DNA of 64,000 bases from Mizuhopecten yessoensis (lineage: Eukaryota), in NCBI RefSeq assembly GCF_002113885.1, contig NW_018408028.1:420618-484617 (forward strand), written 5' to 3'. The translations under genes and the position numbers were made by a program. Shown one piece after another: positions 13,712 through 25,859 of the stretch (positions are counted from its first letter, which is position 1; every line of letters starts with the position of its first letter). The notes beneath the pieces are model-generated. The model had not been told where the DNA came from, ran no database searches, and was given only the letters and a program-made list of their open reading frames with translations.

Positions 13712-13848
13712 AAAGCACGTGTAAACTGGATATTTTTAGCACATCAAACATCTTTTATAGAGTCTGAAAGTGACCAATTACCCGCCACGTGCTGGCACGT
13801 GTTCTGCTCCAACCTGTTTACAGCCTGGTTTATTATCGCACGTGCTGT
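13712..13848. promoter_or_regulatory. Cluster of four canonical E-boxes in unique sequence
   Basis: CACGTG at ~13716, ~13785, ~13795 (4-bp spacer) and ~13839. Confidence 0.4.
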
Positions 13849-14165
13849 CTACTTTATCCATTTCCTTAATAACGGCTGGACACTTACTTTCGTTTTATTT
13901 GTTATTGAGAGAAATCATGTGTGGGCCACGAGAGCAGCCAGGCCCACAAGATGCTGTGTTAACTGACTGTGAAGTGACTATATAACAGCCATGGTCCATG
14001 TTTATGAGCATCCCATTGTTATAAGGCGATGAAGCAACACAACGGAGGTTTATGGCTGAGAGTTATTTCCCTTGCCACTTTTTATAGCTGAGAGTTATTT
14101 CCCTTGCCAAGTTATTTCTTTTTGATATTGCCCAGAAATACTTTCCATTAGTTAATAATTGGCAG

Positions 14166-14438
14166 TAGATAACTCCCGAGTACAACCACTGCAGTATGTG
14201 TATAGATAACTCCCGAGTACGACCACTGCAGTATGTGTATCGATAACTCCCGAGTTAAACCACTGCAGTGTGTGTATTGATAATTCCCGAGTACGACCAC
14301 TGGAGTATGTGTATCGATAACTCCCGAGTGCGACCACTGCTGTGTATAGATAACTCCCGAGTTCAACCACTGCAGTATGTGTATAGATAACTCCCGAGTT
14401 CAACCACTGCAGTATGTGTGTTTGGATAACTCCCGAGA
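14166..14438. repeat. 37-bp tandem repeat, ~7 copies
   Basis: Unit TAGATAACTCCCGAGTACAACCACTGCAGTATGTGTA. Confidence 0.97.
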
Positions 14439-15387
14439 CGTATATTTTCTAACAGTGCCCAGGGCAATGGTACACTTTATTTGCACGTATTTCCGCCTTC
14501 TACATACACTACAGAAGTATACACTGTTAAGTTTTTGCAAATATATATATATAAAAAGAAACCTTTTATACATTGTAAATCGCGTTGATAAATAAAATAT
14601 CGATGTATAAATAATTGTGTTTACACCTACAGTGTATGTTGAGCGTTGCAAGTTGTACGCGATACTTTGATATACTTCCCTCTGCATAAAACATTACACT
14701 GCAATAAAGCCATGCTTATAAGTGGGGGAACGATTTACTTTTGCAATTTTTTTCCCGTGAGCAGTAAATTAGCATAAAACATGACAATCTTATTTCAAGG
14801 AGCGAAAAACACCGTGAATTCGTATGTAGTCAGCGTAAAAACTTTCGAAATACAAGGCTTTAAGTTGGTAAGATATGACAGGCATGTATGTATTTATAAC
14901 TTACCGGTGTCTCAAATTCCCAGTTATAACCCCGTGTTTAACAAGACATCACTGTACGCCCTGCAGATAATTGGTACTTAAAGTGAATTACATGTACGTT
15001 ATATAACCGTTTTACCGGCAACATCCGTGTTCAATATCAGACTGTCCTCCTTATAACGTGAAATAAGGTGTTACAGACTCGCACGTGCGTATTCACGTCA
15101 GTTAGACAATCCAAACGTCTCCGGTAATATGGCACCAAGTACAACCATTCATGCAGTTCAAAGAGTTCCGAAAGGTACAGGTAATCTTCGGCACCATATA
15201 CAACAGTTTCATGACTGTGAGGTGACTGTTTATAAAGGGACACTTGACGGAATCTAATATATAAATAAGCTTCATCATGTTTCTTAGCGATTTTACACAC
15301 AAAAAAAAACGATCTTAAAATCCAAATACCGTCACACTGATATTATAATAGCTGCTACCGATCGATTCGGCTAGTGATAATCTCTTT

Positions 15388-15452
15388 TCAGCTCAATCGA
15401 GAGAGCGTTAGACCGGTAAACCAGAGGCTCCAGATTCGATCCCAAGCGAAGG
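15388..15452 (+). mobile_element. Degenerate tRNA-derived SINE head / tRNA pseudogene fragment
   Basis: AGCTCAATCG..AGAGCG (A-box/D-arm-like) followed by GATTCGATCCC (B-box-like) at tRNA spacing. Confidence 0.5.
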
Positions 15453-15596
15453 AATAAATATAATGAAATTAAATGTATTACACGTAAATTTGTCCATTCA
15501 TCAAAATTTACAAATGTCACTAAATGCAGAGACTTTCTAGGTTTTTAGCCCCCTTTACATTACAAAAGAGTCCTGAAAGGGTGACACAGCAGTATG

Positions 15597-17395
15597 ATGT
15601 CTATAACCGGCATACTGTGTCTTTTACCGGCATACTTTGTCTATTTCCGGCATACTGTGTCTATTACCGGCATACTGTGTCTATTACCGGCATAATGTGT
15701 CTGTTTCCGGTATAATGTGTCTATTACCGGCATAATGTGTCTATTACCGGCATACTTTGTCTATTACCGGCATACTTTGTCTATTACCAGCATACTGTGT
15801 CTATAACCGGCATAATGTGTTAATTACCGGCAAATTGTGTCTATTACCGGCTTTCTTGTCTATTACCAGCATACTGTGTCTATAACCGGCATACTGTGTC
15901 TGTTACCGGCATACTGTGTCTATTATCGGCATACTGTGTCTATTACCAACATACTGTGTCTATAACCGGCATAGAGTGTTTATTACCGGCATACTGTGTC
16001 TATTACCGGCATAATTTGTCTATTATCAATATTTGCGAGTGCAATCATGTGTGCGCCTTATGCTCATCTTTAACCTACGTAAACATTTCGATGTGACCCG
16101 TCACGGTTGTCATTCCGAATATAATCATTGATCCAGACAAAGACTACATGAAATAGTACATCTCTGGCTTAAATTATATATTCTTTAATCGAGAAAAATC
16201 TGGAAGGCTTGGCATTTCCCAAAATGGCAAATGTGAAATGCATATCAGAAACTGACATATACAGCTATTCACATGCAATTAAAATCGTACAAAATGTCTG
16301 TTAAAGTTCAATGTTGTCACTTGATTAAAAAAAATCCCGTAATCCTACGTCCCTTTAGATTTACAGCCTGTAGATATTTTATAACGCATATCAATGTATG
16401 TCTGTTTCCGGTATAATGTGTCTATTACAGGCATACTGTGTCTTTTACCGGCATATTGTGTCTATTACCGGCATACTATGTCTATGACTGGCATAGTGTG
16501 TATATTACTGGCATACTGTGTCTTTTACCGGCATACTGTGTCTATTAACAGCATACTTTGTCTATTACCGGCATACTGTGTCTATTACCGGCATACTGTG
16601 TCTATTACCGGCATACTGTGTCTATTACCGGCATAGTAGGTCTATTACTGGCATACTGTGTCTATTTCCGGTATAATGTGTCTATTTCCGGCATAGTGTG
16701 TTTATTACCGGCATACTGTGTCTGTTTCCGGTATAATGTGGCTATTACAGGCATACTGTGTCTATTACCGGCTTTCTTGTCTATTACCAGCATACTGTGC
16801 CTATAACCGGCATACTGTGTCTGTTACCGGCATACTGTGTCTATTATCGGCATAGTAGGTCTATTACTGGCATACTGTGTCTATTTCCGGTATAATGTGT
16901 CTATTACAGGCATACTGTGTCTATTACCGGCTTTCTTGTCTATTACCAGCATACTGTGTCTATAACCGGCATAGTGTGTTTATTACCGGCATACTGTGTC
17001 TATTACCGGCATAATTTGTCTATTATCAATATTTGCGAGTGCAATCATGTGTGCGCCTTATGTTCATCTTTAACCTACGTAAACATTTCGATGTGACCCG
17101 TCACGGTTGTCATTCCGAATATAATCATTGATCCAGACAAAGCCTATAAGAAATAGTACATCTCTGGCTTAAATTATATATTCTTTAATCGAGAAAAATC
17201 TGGAAGGCTTGGCATTTCCCAAAATGGCAAATGTGAAATGCATATCAGAAACTGACATATACAGCTATTCACATGCAATTAAAATCGTTCAAAATGTCTG
17301 TTAAAGTTCAATGTCACTTGATTAAAAAAATCCCGTAATCCTATTTCCCTTTAGATTTACAGCCTGTAGATAATTTATAACGCATAACAATGTAT
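15597..17395. repeat. Two 20-bp minisatellite arrays (15597-16025, 16399-17025), each followed by the same ~380-bp unique segment (local tandem duplication)
   Basis: Unit CTATTACCGGCATACTGTGT; 16011-16399 is near-identical to 17011-17395. Confidence 0.97.
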
Positions 17396-17836
17396 CTCAA
17401 TTTCATATGATGTAAATGAAAATAATGTTCTCACAAATTAATGATAGTTTTTGTCTACTTGTCATTAATAATGTATGAGAAAGTGCCAACAGGACATTTC
17501 CTGAAGAACCAAGAAGTTCAATGGTTCACAGATTATGTAGTACCAATATATATATGACAATGCCAACACACACCAGCTCAAAACGCGGGAAACGAAAATG
17601 GATAAAGCATGCTCTTCCAATTACCTCCCGGGTAGAGGTGTGTGTGAGAGAGCGCGTTAATTAGGCGTGTTGTGGAACATTAAACATATCGTTATGCCTG
17701 ATAAGTGGTTAATGGGATATGTACACATGTCAAACACTGATCCCGACACCTATCGCCTCATTTATATCACAGTCTCCCAGGGAAATAGCTCTCATAGACA
17801 GGTACTCCATAGTAGTGGATCAATATCAGCCAGGTG

Positions 17837-18412
17837 TCAGGTCAACGTTTCAATCACATCGATGTCTCAGTCAGATCGATATCGCAGGTCAACGTTTCAA
17901 TCACATCGATGTCTCAGTCAGATCGATATCTCAGGTCAACGTTTCAATCACATCGATGTCTCACTCAGATCGATGTCTACACTATTGTAACTAAGATGTT
18001 TCACTCAAATCGATGTCTCACTTAGACCAATCTCTTACTTAGAAGTCTAACTCAGATAAATGTCTCGATCAAATCGATGTCTCACTTAGACCAATATTTA
18101 ACTCAGATTGATGTCTCAATAAGATCGATATTTAACTCAGATCGATGTCTCAATCAGATTGATATTTAACTCAGATCGATGTTTCAATAAGATCGATATT
18201 TAACTCAGATCGATGTCTCAATCAGATTGATATTTAACTCAAATCGATGTCTCAATAAGATCGATATTTAACTCAGATCGATGTTTCAATCAGATCGATA
18301 TTTAACTCAGATCGATGTTTCAATCAGATCGATATTTAACTCAGATCGATGTTTCAATCAGATCGATATCTCAGGTCAATGTCTCAATTAGATCGATATC
18401 TCACTCAGATCA
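17837..18412. repeat. ATCGAT-rich repeat: ~3 copies of a 47-bp unit, then 34-bp (17+17) dimer units
   Basis: AGGTCAACG at 17839/17886/17933; then TCAGATCGATATTTAAC alternating with TCAGATCGATGT(C/T)TCAA. Confidence 0.93.
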
Positions 18413-19166
18413 ATTTCTCCTAACCGCCCATCTATTAATACGAATGTATGTACATCAAACTAGGTAATGATGTGAGGCCAGTAGGTAAAAGTTAACAGTT
18501 GATATATTATATATATAGATACGTGTTGACATAACTGATTAGTACATTTTATCAATAGATGAAGGAAAACTTCAAGATTCGTGAGGAATTTAATTCAATA
18601 AACTGAAGTGGAGGGGACAACATGTGTTCTGGTAACCTCAAAGGTTCAACTGTAAACAGGAGGCAAAGCCCAATGCCAACCGTTTGGCTGAGGGTTCACC
18701 AATACGTCTGGCATCAGCCTACTCCTTATGACTGAAATAGTAAGAGACACTTTTACACAGATTTAACATAGAGACAGTATTGAAGGTATATAACTAAATG
18801 CATTTCAATGATACCATGTATTTAATCGAGGAAATCTGTACAAAATAGCTGACTCGATCAAGAACAGGAAACTTAACGTCTTACTATAGGTACGAAGACA
18901 TCACCTGTACATGGCTTACCGTTTGATCCAATTAGTGGAATTGGCCCAATAAGCAATAAATCGCAATCGGTTTACCGACAGCTGTCATGGAAACAAAGTT
19001 ATCTGTGAGATGTATTTTCCATATATAGAAGGTTTCACCCCCTCCGCTTTAGATTATGTCCCGAGGTTCACCAAAGATCAAAAGACAAAAAGTCGAATAT
19101 AACGTCACATTGCTCATACTAATTATGAGAGGAACCATAAGTTAGGTGAGGAACCTTTAATGCGTA

Positions 19167-19500
19167 AGTTAGGCAAAGAAACCTAAAACATATATTTGTA
19201 GAAGTTAGGCAAAGAAACCTAAAACATATATTTGTAGAAGTTAGGCAAAGAAACCTAGAACATGTATTTGTAGAAGTTAGGCAAAGAAACCTAAAACATA
19301 TATTTGTAGAAGTTGTGCAAAGAAACCTAAAACATATATTTGTAGAAGTTAGGCAAAGAAACCTAGAACATATATTTGTAGAAGTTGGGCAAAGAAACCT
19401 AAAACATATATTTGTAGAAGTTAGGCAAAGAAACCTAGAACATGTATTTGTAGAAGTTAGGCAAAGAAACTAAGAACACAAAGGTTAGACAGAGAAACCT
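19167..19500. repeat. 36-bp tandem repeat, ~9 copies
   Basis: Unit AGTTAGGCAAAGAAACCTAAAACATATATTTGTAGA. Confidence 0.97.
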
Positions 19501-19923
19501 GTAATGCAAAATGTATTTTTAGCAAACAATGATGAACTACTTACCGGTATATTATTACTAACATGAATGTTCGTGTTACAGGTGTACATAAGTCTAACAG
19601 TGACGTCAGGAAATAAATTATATTTTATTGATAATTGTATAATACTAATATATAATCTACCAAAGTCTATACAAACCGATCAGATTTAATACAAAGATAA
19701 CAAAACAAACTAATTTTTTTTAGTTCATTTTGACCTAAATATCGTTATACATGTAAATGTAGCGTCCGACAGATGTACCAGTCACTGTGTTGCAGCACTA
19801 CTCCTTACATCTATTCCTGTTAAGTTTCCGGATACTATAGATACCGTATAATGGCTACTGTTTTTAGAATTGTCAATATCTGAATTCCACGCAGCGAGTA
19901 CGAGTGTTTAACTAGGTATGTAG

Positions 19924-20145
19924 TTTATATATATATAAACAAAACGTGTGTAAGTGTGTAACAATATATATATGCGGGTACGTATATGGCGGACGTCGCT
20001 ATAGCGAACTACTATGTGACGTCATAGCGTATGACGTCACAACATATACTTCAAATAAACAGTCTGAAGAATATCCTAGAAGAGATGAAAGTACTAAAGA
20101 CTCGGTGTTGAGAATTTTTCTTTTTATATATATATATATAAACAA
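19924..20145 (+). mobile_element. ~200-bp direct-repeat-flanked element with a degenerate hammerhead-like core (retrozyme/Penelope remnant; alternatively a solo LTR)
   Basis: Flanked by TTTA(TA)nAAACAA on both sides; CTGAAGA at 20064-20070 followed by GAAA-GTAC-TA at 20087-20096; perfect 12-bp hairpin at 20015-20041; AATAAA at 20054. Confidence 0.4.
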
Positions 20146-20412
20146 GGTGCCGGAAGTAATTTATAGATTATAAGTTTAGTTAAGTCATTTCCGGAATATA
20201 TAAATATGATAGTCTGCGTACATTCTGAGAGCTAGTTTGTTATTTTTTTCTCCCGTTATTTGTAATATTCTGTATGAGATAAACGTACCAGTGCATAAGA
20301 TTGCCTCCGGTTAAACAATAATTGTATTACAGAAGATAATACGATTAAATCATTTCCGGGATATCATCAGTAAACGATCCTGACACACAAGAGAACCAAC
20401 TGTTATATTTGT

Positions 20413-21296
20413 CACGTACGTTGTTTTCTGTAACAACTCACAATAAACGTGTAACAGCAAACAGCAACCAACTTCTTGTACGTCTTAACACATGTGTATA
20501 ACATACAGTACACACGTAACAGCACACGTGTATGACAGTACACAGCTGACGTGCAACTAACACATGTATGTAACAGATAGCACATGTGTAACAACCCACG
20601 TGTAAAACACACATTACACGTGTACAGAATACACAACTCACGTGTAACACACGTGTATGACAATACACATCTGACGTGAAACTATCACATGTATGTAACA
20701 GATAGCACATGTGTAACAACACAACACACGTGTACAGAATACACAATTCACGTGTTACAACACACGTGTATAACATTACACAGTACACGTTTAACAATAT
20801 GCAGTTCACGTCAACAACACACGTGTATAATAATACACAGTACACGTGCAGCAACACACATGGATAAAACAGCACTCATGTAACACGTGTGCATAACAAT
20901 ATACATTACAAGTGCAACAGCACACGTGTATATCAATACAAATCATATGTTCTGCGACACACGTGTATAATATACAAAGCACACGTGTGACAACACACGT
21001 ATAACAATATACAGTACACTTGCAACAACACAGGTGTATAACACACTGCAGACCTGTATAATAATACACATCACACGTGTGACAACACAGGTGTGTAGCA
21101 CAACACATGGGTACTCAATACAGAACTCACGTGTTACAACACACATGCATAACACAGATAGCATGTGTAACATTACACGTGTATACAGCACCAATACACT
21201 AACCACATATCGTACGTGTGTACACACGTGTATAACAGCATTAACACACATGTGTAACACTATCCGAACATGTGTTACAACAGACAGCACCCCCCC

Positions 21297-21329
<33 letters not shown>
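20413..21329. repeat. Degenerate ACACGTGT/ACATGTGT-rich low-complexity repeat ending in (CA)n
   Basis: Many CACACGTGT(A)-type motifs at irregular spacing; (CA)15 at ~21299-21329. Confidence 0.9.
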
Positions 21330-21331
<2 letters not shown>

Positions 21332-21832
21332 GGATCCGAAAAGCAATTACAAAATGTACATGAATCCTAATGTGTAGGAGTATTATTAGACGTTTATGCC
21401 AACCCTCTTCCCGACTGATGGACTATACCAGTAAATACCACTTCTGGCCCAGCACCAGTTGTACGTGTGTATGGATCATTAACATCGACTGAAATGCACA
21501 TACTCATCAATATAACACAAAACTGACATCAAAGTATAGCTGTTTAAGTGACTCGTGCTGTTACAGTATCTGCTGTGTATGTAATAAGGATAGGATACAC
21601 GTGTATTGCTATGCTGCCTCTGCTGATAACTCATGTTCACTACATAGTTGACATTCTATATAAAACATTCCGATGCAGATAATGTAGTTATTATTGTATA
21701 AGTGCTGAAAAATAAATTCAATGATATCGACCCTCTTTTATTTTTCCCGAACAAGAAGGAAACCTTTTTCTCCCTCTCCCAAACGAAAAATAGGTATACT
21801 ATAATTTGGGGTGGAGGTGGGGGTGGAGGTGG

Positions 21833-22015
21833 NNNNNNNNNNNNNNNNNNNNNNNNNNNNNNNNNNNNNNNNNNNNNNNNNNNNNNNNNNNNNNNNNNNN
21901 NNNNNNNNNNNNNNNNNNNNNNNNNNNNNNNNNNNNNNNNNNNNNNNNNNNNNNNNNNNNNNNNNNNNNNNNNNNNNNNNNNNNNNNNNNNNNNNNNNNN
22001 NNNNNNNNNNNNNNN
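21833..22015. other. Assembly gap, preceded by a GGTGG(A/G) repeat
   Basis: Run of N. Confidence 1.
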
Positions 22016-23197
22016 CATACAATATACCCGAGTCCAGATGTATTATAGAAACACCGCATACTCATTCTAAGTGCTCAAAGTTGACATAAACAATGTGTTT
22101 ATACCTACCCCTACATCTATGTGTGATGAAGTGGATATGTTCCTGAACTCAGCATCCATACTCGAGGTACGATATCCAACTGAAACACTTTAAACTCCGT
22201 ATCCACTTATGGATCTTAGAAACAGGTAAAATCCTCAAAAGCACAGGTAAGCCTCTCACAGCACTGTTAACAAACACCATACTTAATCATCATGGTGACG
22301 TCACAAGCTATGTTCACAGCAGCTGAAACATCAAGTCTCAGACTTTGGCGCGAAAGCTTGTCTGTCAAGGAAGAGTTCAGAGAGGTCTACAGTATCAACG
22401 TATGCACGGTAAAGCACAACACATATGGTATCGGCTAAGCTCACGAATTCAATGAAATTTCAGAATCAATTCATTTCAGAACCCTGCTGGCTGTTTTACT
22501 TGGCAACGAAGAGACTGTTCTTCTATTTAAGTGTGCACTGGTAATAATAAAAATACCACACATTGATCAGCTACTTTACATTCAATATTAGTAGACCTAC
22601 TTTAGTTTCGTACTTATTCAATTGCTGATAATGATTAACAATATACCTGATTTATTGGGTATTTACGTATAACTGATTTTAAAAAACAACTCACGTTAGT
22701 TTCGTTTCCGCACATTAAATAATAAAGTGAAGTTACATACAGTTTCACACAAATAAGTATTCTTACATTTCATTAAACGGACAGGAGGTTAGTTTCGTAC
22801 ATTTTATAAGTTTCACACAACTGATGGTTCACGAGGTTAGTTTCGTACAAATGATGATAAACTGGGGTTAGTTTCGTACAAATGATGATAAAGTGAGTCT
22901 GCTTTCGCCCCGTCAATGACAAATTGGGTTAGTTTCGTACAGTTCATGACGAAATGGGTTTACATTGGCATGCCGTTGATGTCGGATTGAGTTAAATTTC
23001 GTACTTTAAGAATTGTGTTTGGAAACATTTTCAACTTAATATATCAAGACAAAGGATGAAGAGAACAAATTATTCCGCTGATGTCTGGGTTATCATTATC
23101 GATGTTGTTTCTCCTTCCCCATTTCTAGAAGTACATTGCTTGGCTTCATTCCAAGTCCAGATTTGTCATCAAGTCAATCGAGTACACGACCATTTCA

Positions 23198-23396
23198 CGA
23201 ACAACACGTGAGGATGTCTAACAAACACCACGTGAGGATGTCTAACGAACACCACGTGAGGATGTCTAACAAACACCACGTGAGGATGTCTAACAAACAC
23301 CACGTGAGGATGTCTAACGAACACCACGTGAGAATGTCTAACGAACACCACGTGAGGATGTCTAACGAACACCACGTGAGGATGTCTAACAAACAC
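23198..23396. repeat. 24-bp tandem repeat, ~8 copies, one E-box per unit
   Basis: Unit AC(G/A)AACACCACGTGAGGATGTCTA. Confidence 0.97.
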
Positions 23397-24639
23397 ACAC
23401 TGTTCCACAAAAGTGCTGAGTATGACTGTTTTCTATTCATTATTTGTACATTGACAGTTAGGTTTTGTCAGTTTAACGCATGTGTACATCAATTCATGTA
23501 CCCCATCAATGCATGCACATGCACGTTCGTATATCAATCTTACGGAGACTAGCAGAACAGCAAGCACCTGTCGAGACTTTCAGAACCACCAGCCTCGATA
23601 ATTCCTACTCCGTGGAATAAACCTTATCACTTACACGTGTACCGTCTGTTCTACAATCCCGGAGTTGTTAAATTCTAATAAAGTGAACTACACGTGTTTT
23701 GCGTGTTCTAGAACAAGCTGTATCTCGTTATACAACAATTACATCTTTTTTTTCAGTCTCGTGACTCACCGTTGTACGGAGTTATATCAGGTACAGTTGT
23801 ATTTCCATTACAGTAAAATATGTGTTCTCTACAACCTATCAATGAAGGAAAATTCTAGAAATTTTGAACGTTTTATTCACATTTTTAGGTTTAGTTTTGA
23901 ATCAATATATAAAACAATATCAATGTTTATGCAAGATCTCACTGATTATCGAGGACGAGACTTCATCACGAGATTTCATCTGGGATATACATAAATATTT
24001 AAGGTAAAACAGTACAAACTAATATTGAGTTTGAAATGACCTTTGTAAAGCATGTAAACAACACAACAAACTTGTTAACTACACGATCAACATATGTTAA
24101 TAGAAAGGCTGTCAGGTTTCTCCATCAAATATCAACACTCGCACGCGCGTTTATATAAATAAGGTGATTTGTTTCAACAACAAATAAATAAAGGCGTTAC
24201 CATATGTTTGTGTATTAGGATATTTTAGCAAACAAATTGGTGTTTTGGGCTACAATGCATGTAGGTAGGTAGTGGTAGAAACCGTAGAGCCCTGCTCCAA
24301 AACATGTTCGTCAAGGCACAGGGACTTGCGAATCAAATACAGTACAAGCCCTGACATGATGTTTGTTAAAACGTCTCCTGATCAACAGTGAGTATTACTC
24401 GACGTTTTCGGAGTTGAGATCATTTAGGTGGCATTTTTACCGAACATTGAACTAAAAATGTCCTTCGCACCAGGAAAGTTTTAAACATACATACTGAAAT
24501 GTATTTCTCCCAGTGCGTCAGTGTTACTACATACCAGTGAACATCTGAGTATGATTACGTTGTTACCGTGTAAAGCGTGTCCAGCTTTCCTTAACAGTCT
24601 TCAATCAATGATACCATCTAGCACTGTTATCCTTCCAAT

Positions 24640-24870
24640 GCGTGTCCGACTTGACTTAACACCATCAGTCATCTCGTACCGTAATTCTACCAAAGCGTGT
24701 CCGACCAGACTAAATACTTCTTCAATTCATCAAATCATCTCGTACTGCAAGTCTACAATAGCGTGTCCGACTTGACTTAACACCATCAGTTATCTCGTAC
24801 CGTAATTCTACCAAAGCGTGTCCGACCAGACTATATACAATCTTCAATCCATCAAGTCGTCATGTACCGT
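24640..24870. repeat. 121-bp duplication built from two related subunits
   Basis: GCGTGTCCGACTTGACTTAACACCATCAG at 24640 and 24761; GCGTGTCCGAC occurs four times. Confidence 0.9.
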
Positions 24871-24939
24871 AGTCCCACCAAGGAAGTGAATCTTGACTGA
24901 TCAATATTCGCCTGAAGAAATTGAGAAGCACGTCACAGC

Positions 24940-25235
24940 AATCGTCAAAATGACCATCAAGATAATATCGAACCGTCAACAAATAGCTAATTCGAACTCA
25001 AAGCCGATAAACTAGGGCAACAATATGAACAAATAAAAGACAACCTTGAAAACAAGACAAACACAGAACACTTGAAAAAATACAAGAATTGGACCAGGTG
25101 TTCTTAAAGGGTAAGTACCCTTTGCTTCATCAGCGACACCCGCAATAATAAAATCTACGTCAAATCCAGATAAAAGCACGTTCTCATAGCGGGAAACAGG
25201 ATAGTGACTATAAAACAACAATGTACACTTACCAA
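24940..25235. mobile_element. Fragment of a common bivalve interspersed repeat (possibly Penelope-associated)
   Basis: A-rich tract followed by GGACCAGGTG...AGGGTAAG..CCC...GACACCCG, resembling a widespread bivalve repeat recalled from memory; not verified. Confidence 0.35.
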
Positions 25236-25669
25236 CACTCTAAACTTGACGTGTTAATTAGATATTACATGAACTGTAACAATAAGGCCCCTGGTATGTA
25301 TTTATAGTTTGACTACTGGCGGCACTAGAGCTACGATCTACTGGCAAGTTTGAAAGTTCGGAAGATGCAACATGCGCTAGAATTGCAACTTCAAACTCTC
25401 ATAACTCTACTTGTTTGTAAAAGCTTGTCATACGTATACAGGCACCGTCAGATTAAGCATTTTATAATTCATTAAAAGTTTGCTGCAAACCGTTAGATTT
25501 AATTATAAACGTAGCATTTTGCATACGCATGCGATATTAAATTATGTGTATATGCGCTGGAAAGCTGTCTATAGTGAAAGCTTAGTCCGGTTAAGTGTAT
25601 ATTTTTGGGTAAAGGCTATTTGAACGATAACGTGTTTAGGTACGAATAGCTTCTGAAAGAATTCGATAG

Positions 25670-25859
25670 TATTCCGTATTTGCGCATTGCAGAGTTATCT
25701 TCTCTTGTGAGCAGGTATTGATTGTTACGTCATTGGTTTGTGTGAGAAAATTACGTCGTTTTCTCAAAAATTGATGACGTTACTCTCACAAACAAATGAC
25801 GTAACAATCAATACCTGCTCTCAAGGGCAGATAACTCTGCAATGCGCAAAGACGGAATA
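25670..25859 (+). mobile_element. Palindromic MITE, copy 1
   Basis: ~75-bp imperfect TIRs TATTCCGTATTTGCGCATTGCAGAGTTATC.../...GATAACTCTGCAATGCGCAAAGACGGAATA; TA at both ends; second copy at 58985. Confidence 0.92.

Noticed and set aside
19957-20149. Solo LTR (TGTAACA...AAACA with AAGTG/AGGTG flanks)
   Set aside because: The TSD is imperfect, and longer direct repeats outside these bounds explain the unit better; kept only as an alternative
20345-20376. Minus-strand CTGATGA...GAAA hammerhead-like motif
   Set aside because: No pairing for stems I or II
21656-22089. ORFs with poly-X/poly-P/poly-G
   Set aside because: Artefacts of the N gap and the adjacent G-rich repeat
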